A DNA stretch of 64,000 nucleotides, from positions 78,849,678-78,913,677 of the forward strand of contig NC_057719.1 of assembly GCF_004010195.1 (NCBI RefSeq), written 5' to 3'. The notes beneath the pieces were generated by a model. The model did not search any database. It was not told the DNA's origin and saw only the letters and a list, made by a program, of their open reading frames with translations. Within the stretch, counting starts at the first letter, position 1; the number at the start of each line of letters is the position of its first letter. This DNA comes from Chiloscyllium plagiosum. Its lineage: Eukaryota. This document shows positions 26,731-38,607 of this stretch, one piece after another. The position numbers were made by a program, and so were the translations under genes.

Positions 26731-26766
26731 AATCGACGTTTCGGGCATAAGCCCTTCTTCAGGAAT
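26731..26766 (-). ncRNA. Minimal hammerhead ribozyme, intact core
   Basis: Minus strand reads auuc CUGAAGA a GGGC uuau GCCC GAAA cGUC gauu: complete core, perfect stem II and GUC cleavage triplet. Confidence 0.75.
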
Positions 26767-26799
26767 GAGGTAAGTGTGTCCAGCAGGCTAAGATAAAAG

Positions 26800-27497
26800 N
26801 NNNNNNNNNNNNNNNNNNNNNNNNNNNNNNNNNNNNNNNNNNNNNNNNNNNNNNNNNNNNNNNNNNNNNNNNNNNNNNNNNNNNNNNNNNNNNNNNNNNN
26901 NNNNNNNNNNNNNNNNNNNNNNNNNNNNNNNNNNNNNNNNNNNNNNNNNNNNNNNNNNNNNNNNNNNNNNNNNNNNNNNNNNNNNNNNNNNNNNNNNNNN
27001 NNNNNNNNNNNNNNNNNNNNNNNNNNNNNNNNNNNNNNNNNNNNNNNNNNNNNNNNNNNNNNNNNNNNNNNNNNNNNNNNNNNNNNNNNNNNNNNNNNNN
27101 NNNNNNNNNNNNNNNNNNNNNNNNNNNNNNNNNNNNNNNNNNNNNNNNNNNNNNNNNNNNNNNNNNNNNNNNNNNNNNNNNNNNNNNNNNNNNNNNNNNN
27201 NNNNNNNNNNNNNNNNNNNNNNNNNNNNNNNNNNNNNNNNNNNNNNNNNNNNNNNNNNNNNNNNNNNNNNNNNNNNNNNNNNNNNNNNNNNNNNNNNNNN
27301 NNNNNNNNNNNNNNNNNNNNNNNNNNNNNNNNNNNNNNNNNNNNNNNNNNNNNNNNNNNNNNNNNNNNNNNNNNNNNNNNNNNNNNNNNNNNNNNNNNNN
27401 NNNNNNNNNNNNNNNNNNNNNNNNNNNNNNNNNNNNNNNNNNNNNNNNNNNNNNNNNNNNNNNNNNNNNNNNNNNNNNNNNNNNNNNNNNNNNNNNN
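26800..27497. other. Assembly gap (N run)
   Basis: 698 N bases. Confidence 1.
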
Positions 27498-27896
27498 CGA
27501 AGGAATTGGGAGAATGGGTTGGCGTTTTTACAGGGGGCAGGATGGGAGGTGGTGTAGTCCAGGTAGCTGTGGGAGTCGGTTGGTTTGTAGTAGATGTCCG
27601 TGTTGATTCGGTCGCCTGAGGTAGAAATAGATAGGTCGAGGAAGGGGAGGGAGGAATCTGGGACTGTCCAGGTGAATTTGAGGTCGGGGTGGAAGGTGTT
27701 GGTGAAGTGGATGAACTGTTCAACCTCCTCGTGGGAGCACGAGGCGGCGCCGATACAGTCATCGATGTAGCGGTGGAAAAGGTGGGGGGTGGGGCCAGTG
27801 TAGTTGCGGAAGATGGACTGTTCCACATATCCTACGAAGAGGCAGGCATAGCTGGGGCCCCACATATCCTACGAAGAGGCAGGCATAGCTGGGGCC

Positions 27897-28212
27897 TGAT
27901 TAGATTAGATTACCTACAGTATAGAAACAAGCTCTTCAGCCCAACAAGTCCACACTGATCCTCCGAAGAGTAACCCACACAGATCCATTCCCCTACATTT
28001 ACCCCTGCCGAATGCACCTAACCTACACACCCCTGGACAATTTAGGATGGCCAATTCACCTAACCTGCATAACTTTAGACCGTGGGAGGAAACCCATGCA
28101 GACACGGGGAGAATGTGCAAACTCCACACAGGCAGTCGCCTGAGGTAGGAATTGAACCCAGTTCCCTGGCGCTGTGAGGCAACAGTGCTAACCACTGAGC
28201 CACTGTGCCACC
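27897..28212 (-). mobile_element. HE1-like SINE whose tail was hit by the Penelope insertion
   Basis: HE1-like core and head. Its tail repeat is duplicated on both sides of the PLE. Confidence 0.9.
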
Positions 28213-28974
28213 CATTTGCCTTAGTTTCTTGGCTGATTTTTTTCCTCTGTTTCCAACAATGTTTTCTGGTCACCATGGTAATGAACTCCCTCAGTGGTAG
28301 TGTTTCTGACTATGCAGGAATGTGTCTTTTGTCACATCTCTCTGACTGACTCTCCTGGGACAATGGGGTCCTGAACAAAGGATGCTTGCTAAAGTCCCCA
28401 CTACCTGCCTCTACTACCCAACATTGCCATTTCTGTTTACGTCACAGTGCTGGGGGACTGAATTTTGCTAGTTTGACTGCCGTGTAGCCACTTCTAATTC
28501 TAGATCCACAGATTCAAGCCAGAGTATACATGTACTTGTTCTGCTGCAGATTGGATTCGTCCTCGAAACATTAGAGTGCCAACCCAATGTTTATTCTTTA
28601 CATCCCTAATACTTGAATCCTTTAAGGTTGAAGTCTAAGATTCCTCTGCTTTGCCTTTCAATCCAACCACGGATCCCTTTTCTCTTGCTGATTAGGACCC
28701 TCATGTTTGTCAGGGAGAAAAATGTTTACACCAAGAAAATGGGCCACTTTTCAGTTGAGACAACCAGAGACAGAGTCAACTCAATCCAATGTACTGAAGG
28801 GTCAACTCACCAATCCTCCCAAAGACTTTGACTTCACATTTTATGCTTATAGGACATTCAGGATCTGTATTACAAAATCTTTACCCCAGGAGAATGGGAT
28901 ATTTTCTACAGTTGGGACAGCTAGTGACAGGAGCTAATGTTCCCAATCAGAGTCACCTTGTCAAATTCTTCAAT

Positions 28975-29402
28975 AAGAGTTGTGAACACAGCCCAGTCCA
29001 TCACGCAAACCAACCTTCCACCCATTGACTCCACCTATACTTCCCACTGCCTTGGGAAGGCAGTCAACATCATCAAAGTCCCCTCCCAGCCCGGTTATAA
29101 TCTCTTCCAACCTCTTCCATCAGGCCGAAGATACAAAAGCTTAAAGACATCTACCAACAGACTCAAGAACAGCTTCTTCCCCGCTGTCATTCGACTTCTG
29201 AATAGACCTCTCAAACTTTAAAGTTAATATTAATCTCACTCTTTGTGCATCTTCTCTGCAGCCATAACATTGTATTCCTTGCTCTGTTCTATTACTCCAA
29301 TGCACTTTGTACGGTATGATCCGCCTGTACTACATGCAAAACAAAACTTTTCACTGTGCCTAGATACATGTGACAATAATAAATCAAATCAAATTAAATT
29401 AA
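28975..29402 (+). mobile_element. Rex/Babar-like LINE 3' fragment
   Basis: RVVNTAQSITQTNLPPIDS..FQPLPSGRRYKSLKTSTNRLKNSFFPAVIRLLN C-terminal peptide and (AAATC)n tail. Confidence 0.8.
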
Positions 29403-30044
29403 ACCACTTCAGTTAGTTCACCCCTCAAATTGCTATATTCAAGGGGGAAACAAGCCAGTTTTATGTAATCTGTCATCAGAAGCGAACCTCATACAGTCCA
29501 GTAAACAATTCTGGTTAATCTGGCCTCCAAGGCTAACATATTCTTTGTTGATGTGTGCTGCCCAGAACTGGCAGTGCTGTAAGTGGGATCAAACTAAACC
29601 ACTGCAGGTGCCTTTGGCAGTCTCGGTTCAGAGCTCTCCCTCGTCCTCTTCATCTCTCGTCCTTCACAATGCTCCTTAAAAACCTATCCCTTTGTCCGCG
29701 CTTTTGGTTACTTCCACTAACGCTTGATGGTGAGGTTCAGGAGCTCCCTGCACTGTGTGAGGGCTAAACTGGCATTGCGCAGTTACTTTAAAGGTACATT
29801 TTTCTTGCACAGCAAGATCCCACACACAGCAATGTGAGGAGTGAGTGGTTGATCTGTCTTAGTGATTCTGGCTGAGGGGGTAAATATTAGCTAGGACAAT
29901 GGAAGTGGTGCTGTGGAATTTTTGCATCCGCTCAAGAGGATCTCAGATTTAGCTTCTTATCCAAAAGAAGATGGAATACTGCATTCAATTCTAGATACTT
30001 CATCAAGGAACAGAGTTCAGACCAGTATAAAATCACAGGTCTTC

Positions 30045-30516
30045 CTGCTATAGAAAAGTTGAAAGTGTTCAGAAAAGATTTTCAAGGACATTTCCAAGAT
30101 TGGAGGGTTTGAGCTAAAGGCTGAATAGGCTTAGGCTGATTCTCCTGAAGTGTTGGAGACAGAGGGGTGACTTGATAGAAGTTTAGAAAATCATGAGGGG
30201 CAAGGACAGGGTGATCAGCTAAGGTCTTTTCCGCAGGGTAGGGGAGTCCAAAACTAGAGGCCATATGAGAGGGGAAAGGTTTAAAATGGATTTAAGGAGC
30301 AATTTGTTCATGCAGAGTGTGGTGCATTATGGAATGAGCCACCAGAGGAAGTGGTGGAGGCTGGTACACGACATCTGGATGGATATATGAATAGTAAGGG
30401 ATTAAAGGGATGTGGGCCAAATGTTGACAAATGGGACTAGATTCATTTAGGTTATTTGGTCAGCATGGACATGTTGGATAGAAGGGTCTGTTTCCATACC
30501 ATACATCTCTCTGACT
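30045..30516 (+). mobile_element. CR1/HER1-like LINE 3' portion
   Basis: Reverse-complement homolog of 51430-52045. Confidence 0.82.
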
Positions 30517-32023
30517 CAGGCTTTATGATCTTTTCTGCAATACAGCACTCCCTAGGTGGGCACCTACATTGGATACATTAGCAAAAGCCTCGTTGCAATT
30601 TCCTCAGATTTTCCTATTCCCTTTTAGCAGTGGCAGCACACTTGCAAGGCACGACCTCAAGAATCACATTTAATCGCCTTTCTTTGAAGTTGCGGTCCAC
30701 CTTTCCTGCAATCCTTGTGGGATTCATCGAAGTTTATAAATGTTGGCAGCTTCTTTTTAAAGAAAACGATCAGAGTCTATGTGCATATTTCATTCTCTGG
30801 CACCATTACTGCAGGTTTAAGTCCAAAGAAAACATTTTGAATGTCAATGAGGCTAAAATAAGATCAATTCATTGAAAACTGGTCAGTGTTTCTGCATCAC
30901 TTCCATCTATGTTGCTTCACCACCCGCCATATAAGTGATTGATTCATGCTCAGTAGTAGTCAGTGTTGACTTGGATTTCTGCAGTGAGTGCTTGCTTGGG
31001 TGTCACTAACGGCTCAGAGGTTAGTGTTCTTGCTTGTGGAATCCAAGGGTCATAGGGTTCAAGTCTCCACCCATACGGTGTTCAGGGACCATTGCTTTAT
31101 TTGGAGGTGACAGCTTTCTGAGACCCCAACAACCTCTCAAAGGTGGATGTAAAATTTCCCCAGTAATGTTTCAAGAAGATCAGAGCTGTGTTCCTAGTGT
31201 CCAGTAGGTCATCTCATTGGCGACTGTAGAAACTTGCTGTGCAAATTGCCTTCGGCATTGTAAACCGCTTCTAAAATGACTTGGCTGGCTGTAAAGGGCT
31301 TTGCAGCATCCTAGGGTGGTAATAGGTGCTAAATAAATGTAAGTTTTGTTCCAGTTTCATCTCAGAACCCATGGTTCAGATCTTACTTGGCGATAACATG
31401 GGCTATGCTCGACCCAGCAAAGGAGGTGACCGTGTGAAGTTAGAAGGCAGGTAAAATAAAATCTCAGCCACAATTATCCTGTTAATTTTGTCAAAGTGAA
31501 ATAGAAATAGATATATAGCTTAGGTTCAGACTGAAGGCTTCTGCAAATATTTGGGGGTATCACCCTTCCACAACGGGCAAGGGTAATGTTGTTATCAATG
31601 TCTCATGTTTTCCTAAGAAGATGGGAAAGGATGAAATTTCACTCAAATTCAGTGGAACCCAGTGTAAATTGACCCACTTGGACAGCACAAGGGGACAAGG
31701 GCAGGAGAGACTCAGGCTGCACATTCCAGGTTCCACAAGTGAAGAGTGAGCCAATTGGGTGGATCAGCCAATCCATGATGAGGAACCACACCAGCAATAG
31801 GGGCAGGAGGATAAAAGGAACTGGTGAAAGCGAGTGGTCCCAAATCCTAAAGAAAACACAAGGCTAAAAGGGTTTGTGAGAATGGGTTACACATTGACTT
31901 TCGATCTGAGAGGGTCAATGTGACTGAGCGGCAAAAAACATTTGATAGGTTGAAGTGAAATCTAGTTGGAAAACCAAGAACAACATCACCTTTGGAGTTA
32001 AGCCTTTCAGTGGTGGTGTCAGG

Positions 32024-32165
32024 TTAAATAAGTGCACAGAGGCCAGTATCCTGTCACCAAGTCACCCTTTATTTACGAGTGCACAGCAGCTCAGAGCCAG
32101 TCCCTCGAATGAGGAAACGTTCTGAATCTCCTGTTAATTTTTTTTCCCTCTGACACTCCTGTTTA
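32024..32165 (-). mobile_element. 3' part of an LTR-like repeat (target of Tx1 copy 1)
   Basis: cacagaggccagtatcctgtcaccaagtcaccctttattt is homologous to 33227-33345 and has AATAAA on the minus strand. Confidence 0.6.
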
Positions 32166-32166
32166 C

Positions 32167-32990
32167 TTTTATTTTAGTAACCCCCACACTCCCGCCTAAC
32201 CCATGGTGTGTGTGTGTGCAAGTGTGGGACACAGTGAAAGACACAAGGTGCACGAATCTTTATTCAAATTTCCACCACCAGGAAGATAGGAAAACACCCA
32301 AATGGCCAGTGACAAGCAGTGCCCTTCACATCAAGGGACAATGCTGCGTGATCAAACAGTGAAAGGGAGGGAAGGGATTAAATCAAAAAAGAATTGGAGG
32401 GGGAAATAATGCACTCCACTCCCTGCAGCGCCCACCTCTCCCTGAACAGCTCAAGAATGTTGGTGGACACCACGTGCTCCTTTTCCAGAGACTCTTGGGC
32501 TCTTACGTAACCGCGGAAGAGGGGCAGGCAGTCGGCACTAACGACCCCCTCTATGGCCCGCTGCCTGGACCTGTTTATGGCCACTTTGGCCAGGCCCAGG
32601 AGCAGACTCACAAGGAGGTCTTCAGACCTTCCCTCCTTCCTCCGTACCGGGTGCCCGAAGATCAGGAGCGTGGGACTGAAGTGCAACCAAAAGCAGAGGA
32701 GGAGGTTTTTAAGAAAATCAAAAAGGGAGTGCAAACGCCCACACCCAATATATACATGGCCCACGGACTCCACAGCGCCACAGAACAAGCAGTTGGGCTG
32801 GGAGTCCGTGAACCATCGCAATCTGCGGTTGCAGGGGACTGCTGCGTGCAGAACTCTCCACCCCAGATCCCCGAGAGAAAGGGGGAGGATTCCCGCATAG
32901 AGAGCCCTCTAAATCTCCTGATGATTTTTTTCCCCTCTGTTTATTTTTTATTTTTTATTTTTTTATCTTTTTCTCCTGATGATTTTTTTT
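32167..32990 (-). mobile_element. Tx1-clade L1 retrotransposon 3' fragment, copy 1
   Basis: ORF2 C-terminus GDLGWRVLHAAVPC..FTDSQPNCLFCGAVESVGHVYIGC (zf-RVT CCHC)..LLLGLAKVAINRSRQ. Stop at 32378, AATAAA at ~32259-32264, A-rich tail. Confidence 0.88.
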
Positions 32991-33226
32991 TAAGCAGTGC
33001 CCTTGTGTCCTGTTTATTTTTTTTACCGTTTTACCAAGAGGTACAAGTGGCAAATCATAGCCTCCAAAAGATTTCATGTAGTCGAGTGAAAAGACAAGTT
33101 TGAAATACTGACTGACATTTGAGCTCAATATATCTTAATTCTGGGGTTCATCTGTTTGAATCCAGAGAGTCGGTTGGTAAAGGATAGAACTGAAGCCAAT
33201 CTTTGAATATTTGAGCATTTATTTAC

Positions 33227-34293
33227 TGAAATAACTCCACAGAGGCTTGTATCCAATCACCAAGCCACCTTTTATTTCCACGTGGAAAGACTGATCCAGC
33301 TTCCTCAAAGCCAGCTATCAGAGTGGACAGAACCTCTGGCTCTTGTCTTTTTTTTTCTTTTCTATTTTTTCTTTACTTATTTCTATTAACCCTCACACTA
33401 CCGCCTAACCACGGTAGTGCTTATTTTTTTCCTGGCACCCATGTCGTGTGTGTGCAGGTGTGAGACACAGTGAGAGACACAAAGTGCACAAATCTTTATT
33501 CAATTTCCACCACCAGGAAGATAGGAAAACACCCGAATGGCCAGTGACAAACACTGCCCTTCACATCAAAGGGCAGTGCTGTGTGATCAAAACAGTGAAG
33601 GGGAGAGTAGGGACTAAATCAAAATAGAGTTGGAGGGAGAAATGATGCACTCCACTCCCTGCAGCGCTCACCTCTCCCTGAACAACTCCAGGGTGTTGGT
33701 GGACACCGCGTGCTCCTTCTCCAAGGACACCCGGGCTCTAACGTAACCGCGGAAGAGGGGCAGGCAGTCGGCCCTAACGATGCCTTCCACGGCCCGCTGC
33801 CTGGACCTGTTTGTGGCCAGTTTGGCCAGGCCCAGGAGCAGACCTATGAGGAGATCTGCAGACCTGCCCTCCCTCCTCCGTACCGGGTGCCCGAAGATCA
33901 GAAGCATGGGACTGAAGTGCAACCAAAAGCAGAGGAGGAGGTTTTTAAGAAAATCAAAAAAGGAGTGCAAACGCCCACACCCAATATACACATGGCCCAC
34001 GGACTCCACAGCACCACAGAACAAGCAGCTGGGCTGGGAGTCCGTGAACCACCGCAATCTGCGTTTGCAGGGGACTGCTGCGTGCAGCACCCTCCACCCC
34101 AGATCCCCGAGAGAAAGGGGGAGGATTCCCGCATAGAGAGCCCTCTGAATCTCCTGATGATTTTTTTTCCCTCCTGTTTTTTCTTTTTTTATCTTTTTCT
34201 CCTGATGACATCTGTCAGCCAGGACTCCCTGATTTGCCCAGGTTAACAACCCCATTATCAATGAGGTCCACATGACCCTCATTCCAATTCACA
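33227..34293 (-). mobile_element. Solo LTR-like element interrupted by Tx1 copy 2
   Basis: Minus strand begins TGTGAATTGG (34293) and ends GTTATTTCA (33227), with AATAAA at 33276-33271. Halves lie at 34210-34293 and 33227-33345. Confidence 0.6.
33348..34208 (-). mobile_element. Tx1-clade L1 retrotransposon 3' fragment, copy 2
   Basis: Same zf-RVT peptide as copy 1, a premature TGA at 33668 and the same 5' junction. Confidence 0.88.
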
Positions 34294-35107
34294 CAGGATA
34301 TCGTGAAACTCTGGGAAATAGTGGTTTTGGCTCAGAGACATTGGTGCTTGTTTGATTTTTGTTAGTTATTCGGGATTACTGAGCCGTGGCAGGTAAAGGC
34401 AATTACGACACAGAGCAATCACAATCTGACTGAACCATGGGACCAGCCAAAAGGACCGAATGGTCTAACCTTATCCTAATTTCAAGGTGACCGCATGAAG
34501 TTAGATGGCAGGTAAAATAAAATATCAGCCACAATTATCCTTTTAATTTAAGGGGAAAAGGTAGGACAGAGGAGGTCTGAGGTAAGGTCTCTAACATGAT
34601 TGATTATACAGGAGAACATAAGTAACATTTTTGCAGTTTTTCATCACACTATCCTATGCCAGCTCTTCTCAAAGGCACACTTATATGTGTCCACTTTCAT
34701 AGTTTTGTGGTATTCACAAATGCTAGACTCACTCAGAGCTACCTCTGTTCCCTGCTGAATTAAGCAGTACATTTTACACTGCGGAAAACAAGAAACAGGC
34801 CGAGAATTAAGGGCAAATACTTCAGGAATACAGCATAACTTCCTTTCTTTTGCTTGTGTTGGTTTTGAAATTATTTCCGTTCAAAATATCAAATGATTGC
34901 TTTTGTTTGTTCCTGTCCACTCACTTAAGGCTCTTAATGAAATATCCAGATACCTCTGCAGTTCCTGTTGAATATTTAAACTTGGCACAATAATTAGAGT
35001 TCCAACAGCGATTTAGCTGAAAAATATTTTTCTAACATGTATGCTGCAGTAGTTTATTCAGTTATATCTATCCAACTTGGACACGGGGCGGTGAATAATT
35101 AAAAGGA

Positions 35108-35510
35108 GAGTGAGTTACACATGGGAATCTAATTGACGGGTTCAGATGGTTTATGTATAGAATATCAGATACCCAGGAATGAGTTACAAATTAGAACCTA
35201 ATAGAGGGATTCAGATGTTTATAGATTGAATAACAGATACCCAGGAGTGAGTTACAAATTGGAACATAATGGAGGGTTTTAGATGGTGGAGAAACAGAAT
35301 AATCAATCCCTTGAGTGAGTTAGAAACTGGAAAGGTTTCAGATGGCTTACATATAGAATTTGGATACCTAGCAGTGAAATACAGACTGCAACCCAATCAA
35401 GGGGTTCAGATGGTTTATATGTAGAATAATGTATACTTGGGAGTGATTTACAGATGAACATCTAAGCAAAAGGTTCGGATGGATTCTATATAGAATAATG
35501 GATACCATCT
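35108..35510. repeat. Degenerate tandem repeat, ~68-bp unit, ~6 copies
   Basis: Recurring gagtgagttacaaa..ggttcagatggtttat..tagaataa..gataccc units. Confidence 0.85.
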
Positions 35511-37801
35511 CATAGTGGATGATATATGGTCCTGGAAACAATTTAGACAATAGTGGATCTTACCTTAACATATCTTAGCCACTTAAATAGCTTCAAAGAA
35601 CTCTATTTTACAGCAGTGTCAGTTTGCAGATGACATCTACAAAATAATTGCAAGGCTGAATGTTGTGTCTGTTGGTGGAAGCTCGAAATGAACAGATTAG
35701 GAACAACAGCAAGAACATTAACTATGTTAAAGCTATGCAAGAACAGGAACCCAGCGAGAGACATTCCTAGTCATGCCATTCTGGCAATTGGGGTTGCACG
35801 GTAGACTTGGTAGACCAGCTGGTCTTTTCCTGGCAGTCTTTTACAAATGTGTGTCACCTGATATTGTGCTCTCATGCCAGTTATGAGAAGATAAGCAAGC
35901 ATTAAAGAACATTAATTCATTAATGAGTTAAAGACTGGTTTCTTGTGTTCTAAAAAGCTGGGTGATATTCAAAGCTCCATAAAAAGAAGTATCAGATTGA
36001 GGTTGCTAATGTATTTGACAAACAGCTCAGCTACATTTCAATTGGAAAGGAACTGTAAATTCAAAACAGTGTGAAAGGAAACCAAAAGTTCATCTGGAAA
36101 CCTGTCATTTAAAGTTTATGCATTGCTATCCTTCCCCCTGGACTAAAATATTCTTACATTACCTCCTCACCAGTGTCTGGTGCATTTTAAGATGAGTCAT
36201 TCACTAAATAAAGTGCTTGTATTCATATCAAATCTCACTGCATTGCTCAAGCATCGTATGAAAATAGGTGACCTTTCAGTTCCTCATAATGATTATGGTT
36301 GATCTGTATTTAGTGCTAATAACCCACTTTTCATTCTCACTCATTGACACCATTAGCCAATGAAAATCCACCTGAGTTTTGAAAGTTCAAACTGTATCCC
36401 AGTGTTCACAGTCCATTTGGTGTGTGTGTGTGGGGGGGAGGTTGGAAGAATGTTCTGCATTTTCCATAAATAAATGCTTTCTATCAGCCCTTAAATTTCT
36501 AGCTCTAATTCTGAAACTGTGTCCTTTCTTAGGAAATAGTTACTTCTTATCCTGCTTAATCCTTTTAGCATTTAAGCACATTGATCAGATCACCTTACAA
36601 GTAAACTAAAGTTAAAATGCAACCTCTCCTCATAACATTACCATTTACATCCAGATATCATGCTCCAGCACATATAGTTGATAACTTAAAAGTAGAGCAC
36701 ATGCACAGCAAGATCTCACTAACAGTTATCAGAAATGACTTTCCATGTGTTTCTTTTGATCTGTGTTCAAACACTTCTATTGACAAATGGAATTCAGTTT
36801 TGAGAGGCTAAGTTAAGGAGTCAGCAAGTGCAGGCATAACATATTTTCTTCATTTTATAATATTTCTGTCAAATCATAATACTACAGTAATATAGAGGAG
36901 ACAAGTTGCTGTGTTTGCAAGTGAGGTATGAAGGCAAATATAAAGATATGCATTTTCTCAGTGAGGCCAAGTTAAATAATCACCAATTTCATGGGATATA
37001 TCTTCAGCTTATAGCAGCATAGGATCAATTCAGCTTTTAAACCAAGTCTTTGATCCTCTTGTAGATGTCTTAATATGTTAGTGTAATGCAACATTGTAAA
37101 AATGGTATAGGTTTCATTTGCAATTCGGTGGGGGAGTGCACTGTCCTGTGCGATGATCAGACAGAAGAAAGTAAAGCTTCCAATATCTCACACCTTTTGA
37201 GTTATCCCAATGTTATTTAAAGCCAATGAAGTAGAACATTTGTTGTTATGTAGGAAACATTGCAGTCAAGATTGGCAAAGCAAGATCTCACAACAAGAAA
37301 TAGATAGTGTTTCAGGTTAAAGAGTTAGCCGTGATCAATAAGCAAATAAATCTCAAAGTTGTACTGAAAGTCAGCAATCAGGAAAAATTCGTAGGGTAAA
37401 TGAATTCCACCCTCAAACTTGTCATCTGTCTAATTCCCTCTCTTCCTTCCATAGCCATCTCTTCCATTGAGCATTTGATCACCCCTGCTAATGTGCTTTC
37501 TATGGTTCCATTTTCCTTACACCTGAGGACATATGCTCCGCATTAGTAGTGATCCTCAAATGCAATTTGTGTGTTTTGGAGAGATGAGGAAAGAAGAAAC
37601 TGCATGTCTAAGGGTGCATTAAACAAATGTTGACTATGGTGGTTGAAGCAAGTTAAGTAAACATTTGTAGTAGCAATAAGAAGTTCAGAAAGGTAGAAAC
37701 ACTAGTTGAAGTTGCATAGTTCATAATTTAACAACGAGGAACTATTTTAGTTTTAAGTGAACATGGATGTAGGTTTGCTCACTGAGCTGGGAGGTTCATT
37801 T

Positions 37802-37841
37802 CCAGACATTTCGTCACTCTACTAGGTAACATCTTCAGTGG
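37802..37841 (-). ncRNA. Minimal hammerhead ribozyme motif (second PLE family)
   Basis: cca CUGAAGA u GUUAC cuaguaga GUGAC GAAA uGUC ugg: core intact, stem I cca/ugg. Confidence 0.68.
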
Positions 37842-38567
37842 GCCTCAGACGAAGTAGTGTACATAATTCCTGCTTTCTATTTATATGTTTGAGTTTTTTT
37901 GGGTTGGTGATGTCATTTCCTGTAGTGATGTTCTTTTTCTCGGGGGTGGTAGATGGGGTCTAACTTGATGTGTCTGTTGATAGAGTTCCGGTTGGAATGC
38001 CATGCTTCTAGGAATTCTCCTGCGTGTTTCTGTTTGGCTTATCCTAAGATGGATGTGTTATCCCAGTTAAAGCGGTGTCCTTCCTTACCTATACGTAAGG
38101 ATACTAGTGAGAGAGGATCATGTCGTTTTGTGGCTAGTTGGTGTTCATGTATCCTGGTGGCTAGCTTTCTGCCTGTTTGTCCAATGTAGTGTTTGTTATA
38201 GTTCTTCCACGGTATTTTGTAAATGACATTAGTTTTGCTGCATGAACACCAACTAGCCACAAAACGACATGATCCTTTCTCACTAGTATCCTTACATACA
38301 GATAAGGAAGGACACCACTTCGACTGGGACAATGCATCCATCTTAGGACAAGCCAAACAGAGACACGCAGGAGAATTCCTAGAAGCATGGCATTCCAATT
38401 GGAACTTTATCAACAAACACCTTTAGTTAGACCCCATCTACCACCCCCTGAGAAAAAGAACAGGAAGTTACATCACCACAGGATATGACATCACCACAGG
38501 AAATAACATCACCAACCCAAAGATATAAATAGAAAGCAGGAATCATGTACACTGCTTCGCCTGATAC

Positions 38568-38607
38568 CCACTGAAGATTTTACCGTGTAGGGTGACGAAA
38601 CATTTGG
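38568..38607 (+). ncRNA. Hammerhead ribozyme motif, partly decayed mirror copy
   Basis: cca CUGAAGA uuuuaccguguagggugac GAAA cauu ugg. Confidence 0.5.

Larger units (their letters stand above)
26638..27896 (-). mobile_element. 5'-truncated Penelope-like retroelement (RT and terminal repeat), spanning an N gap
   Basis: RT peptide GPSYACLFVGYVEQ..FHRYIDDCIG..LKFTW..LPFLDLSI..TDIYYKPTDSHSYLDY. TSD tgattagattagatt at 26623-26637 and 27897-27911. Confidence 0.9.

Noticed and set aside
26759..27865. 368-aa and 346-aa ORFs
   Set aside because: Their length is an artefact of the N gap. Only ~120 aa of Penelope RT is real.
32474..34246. Plus-strand 209-aa and 178-aa ORFs
   Set aside because: These are antisense shadow frames of the Tx1 ORF2 fragments.
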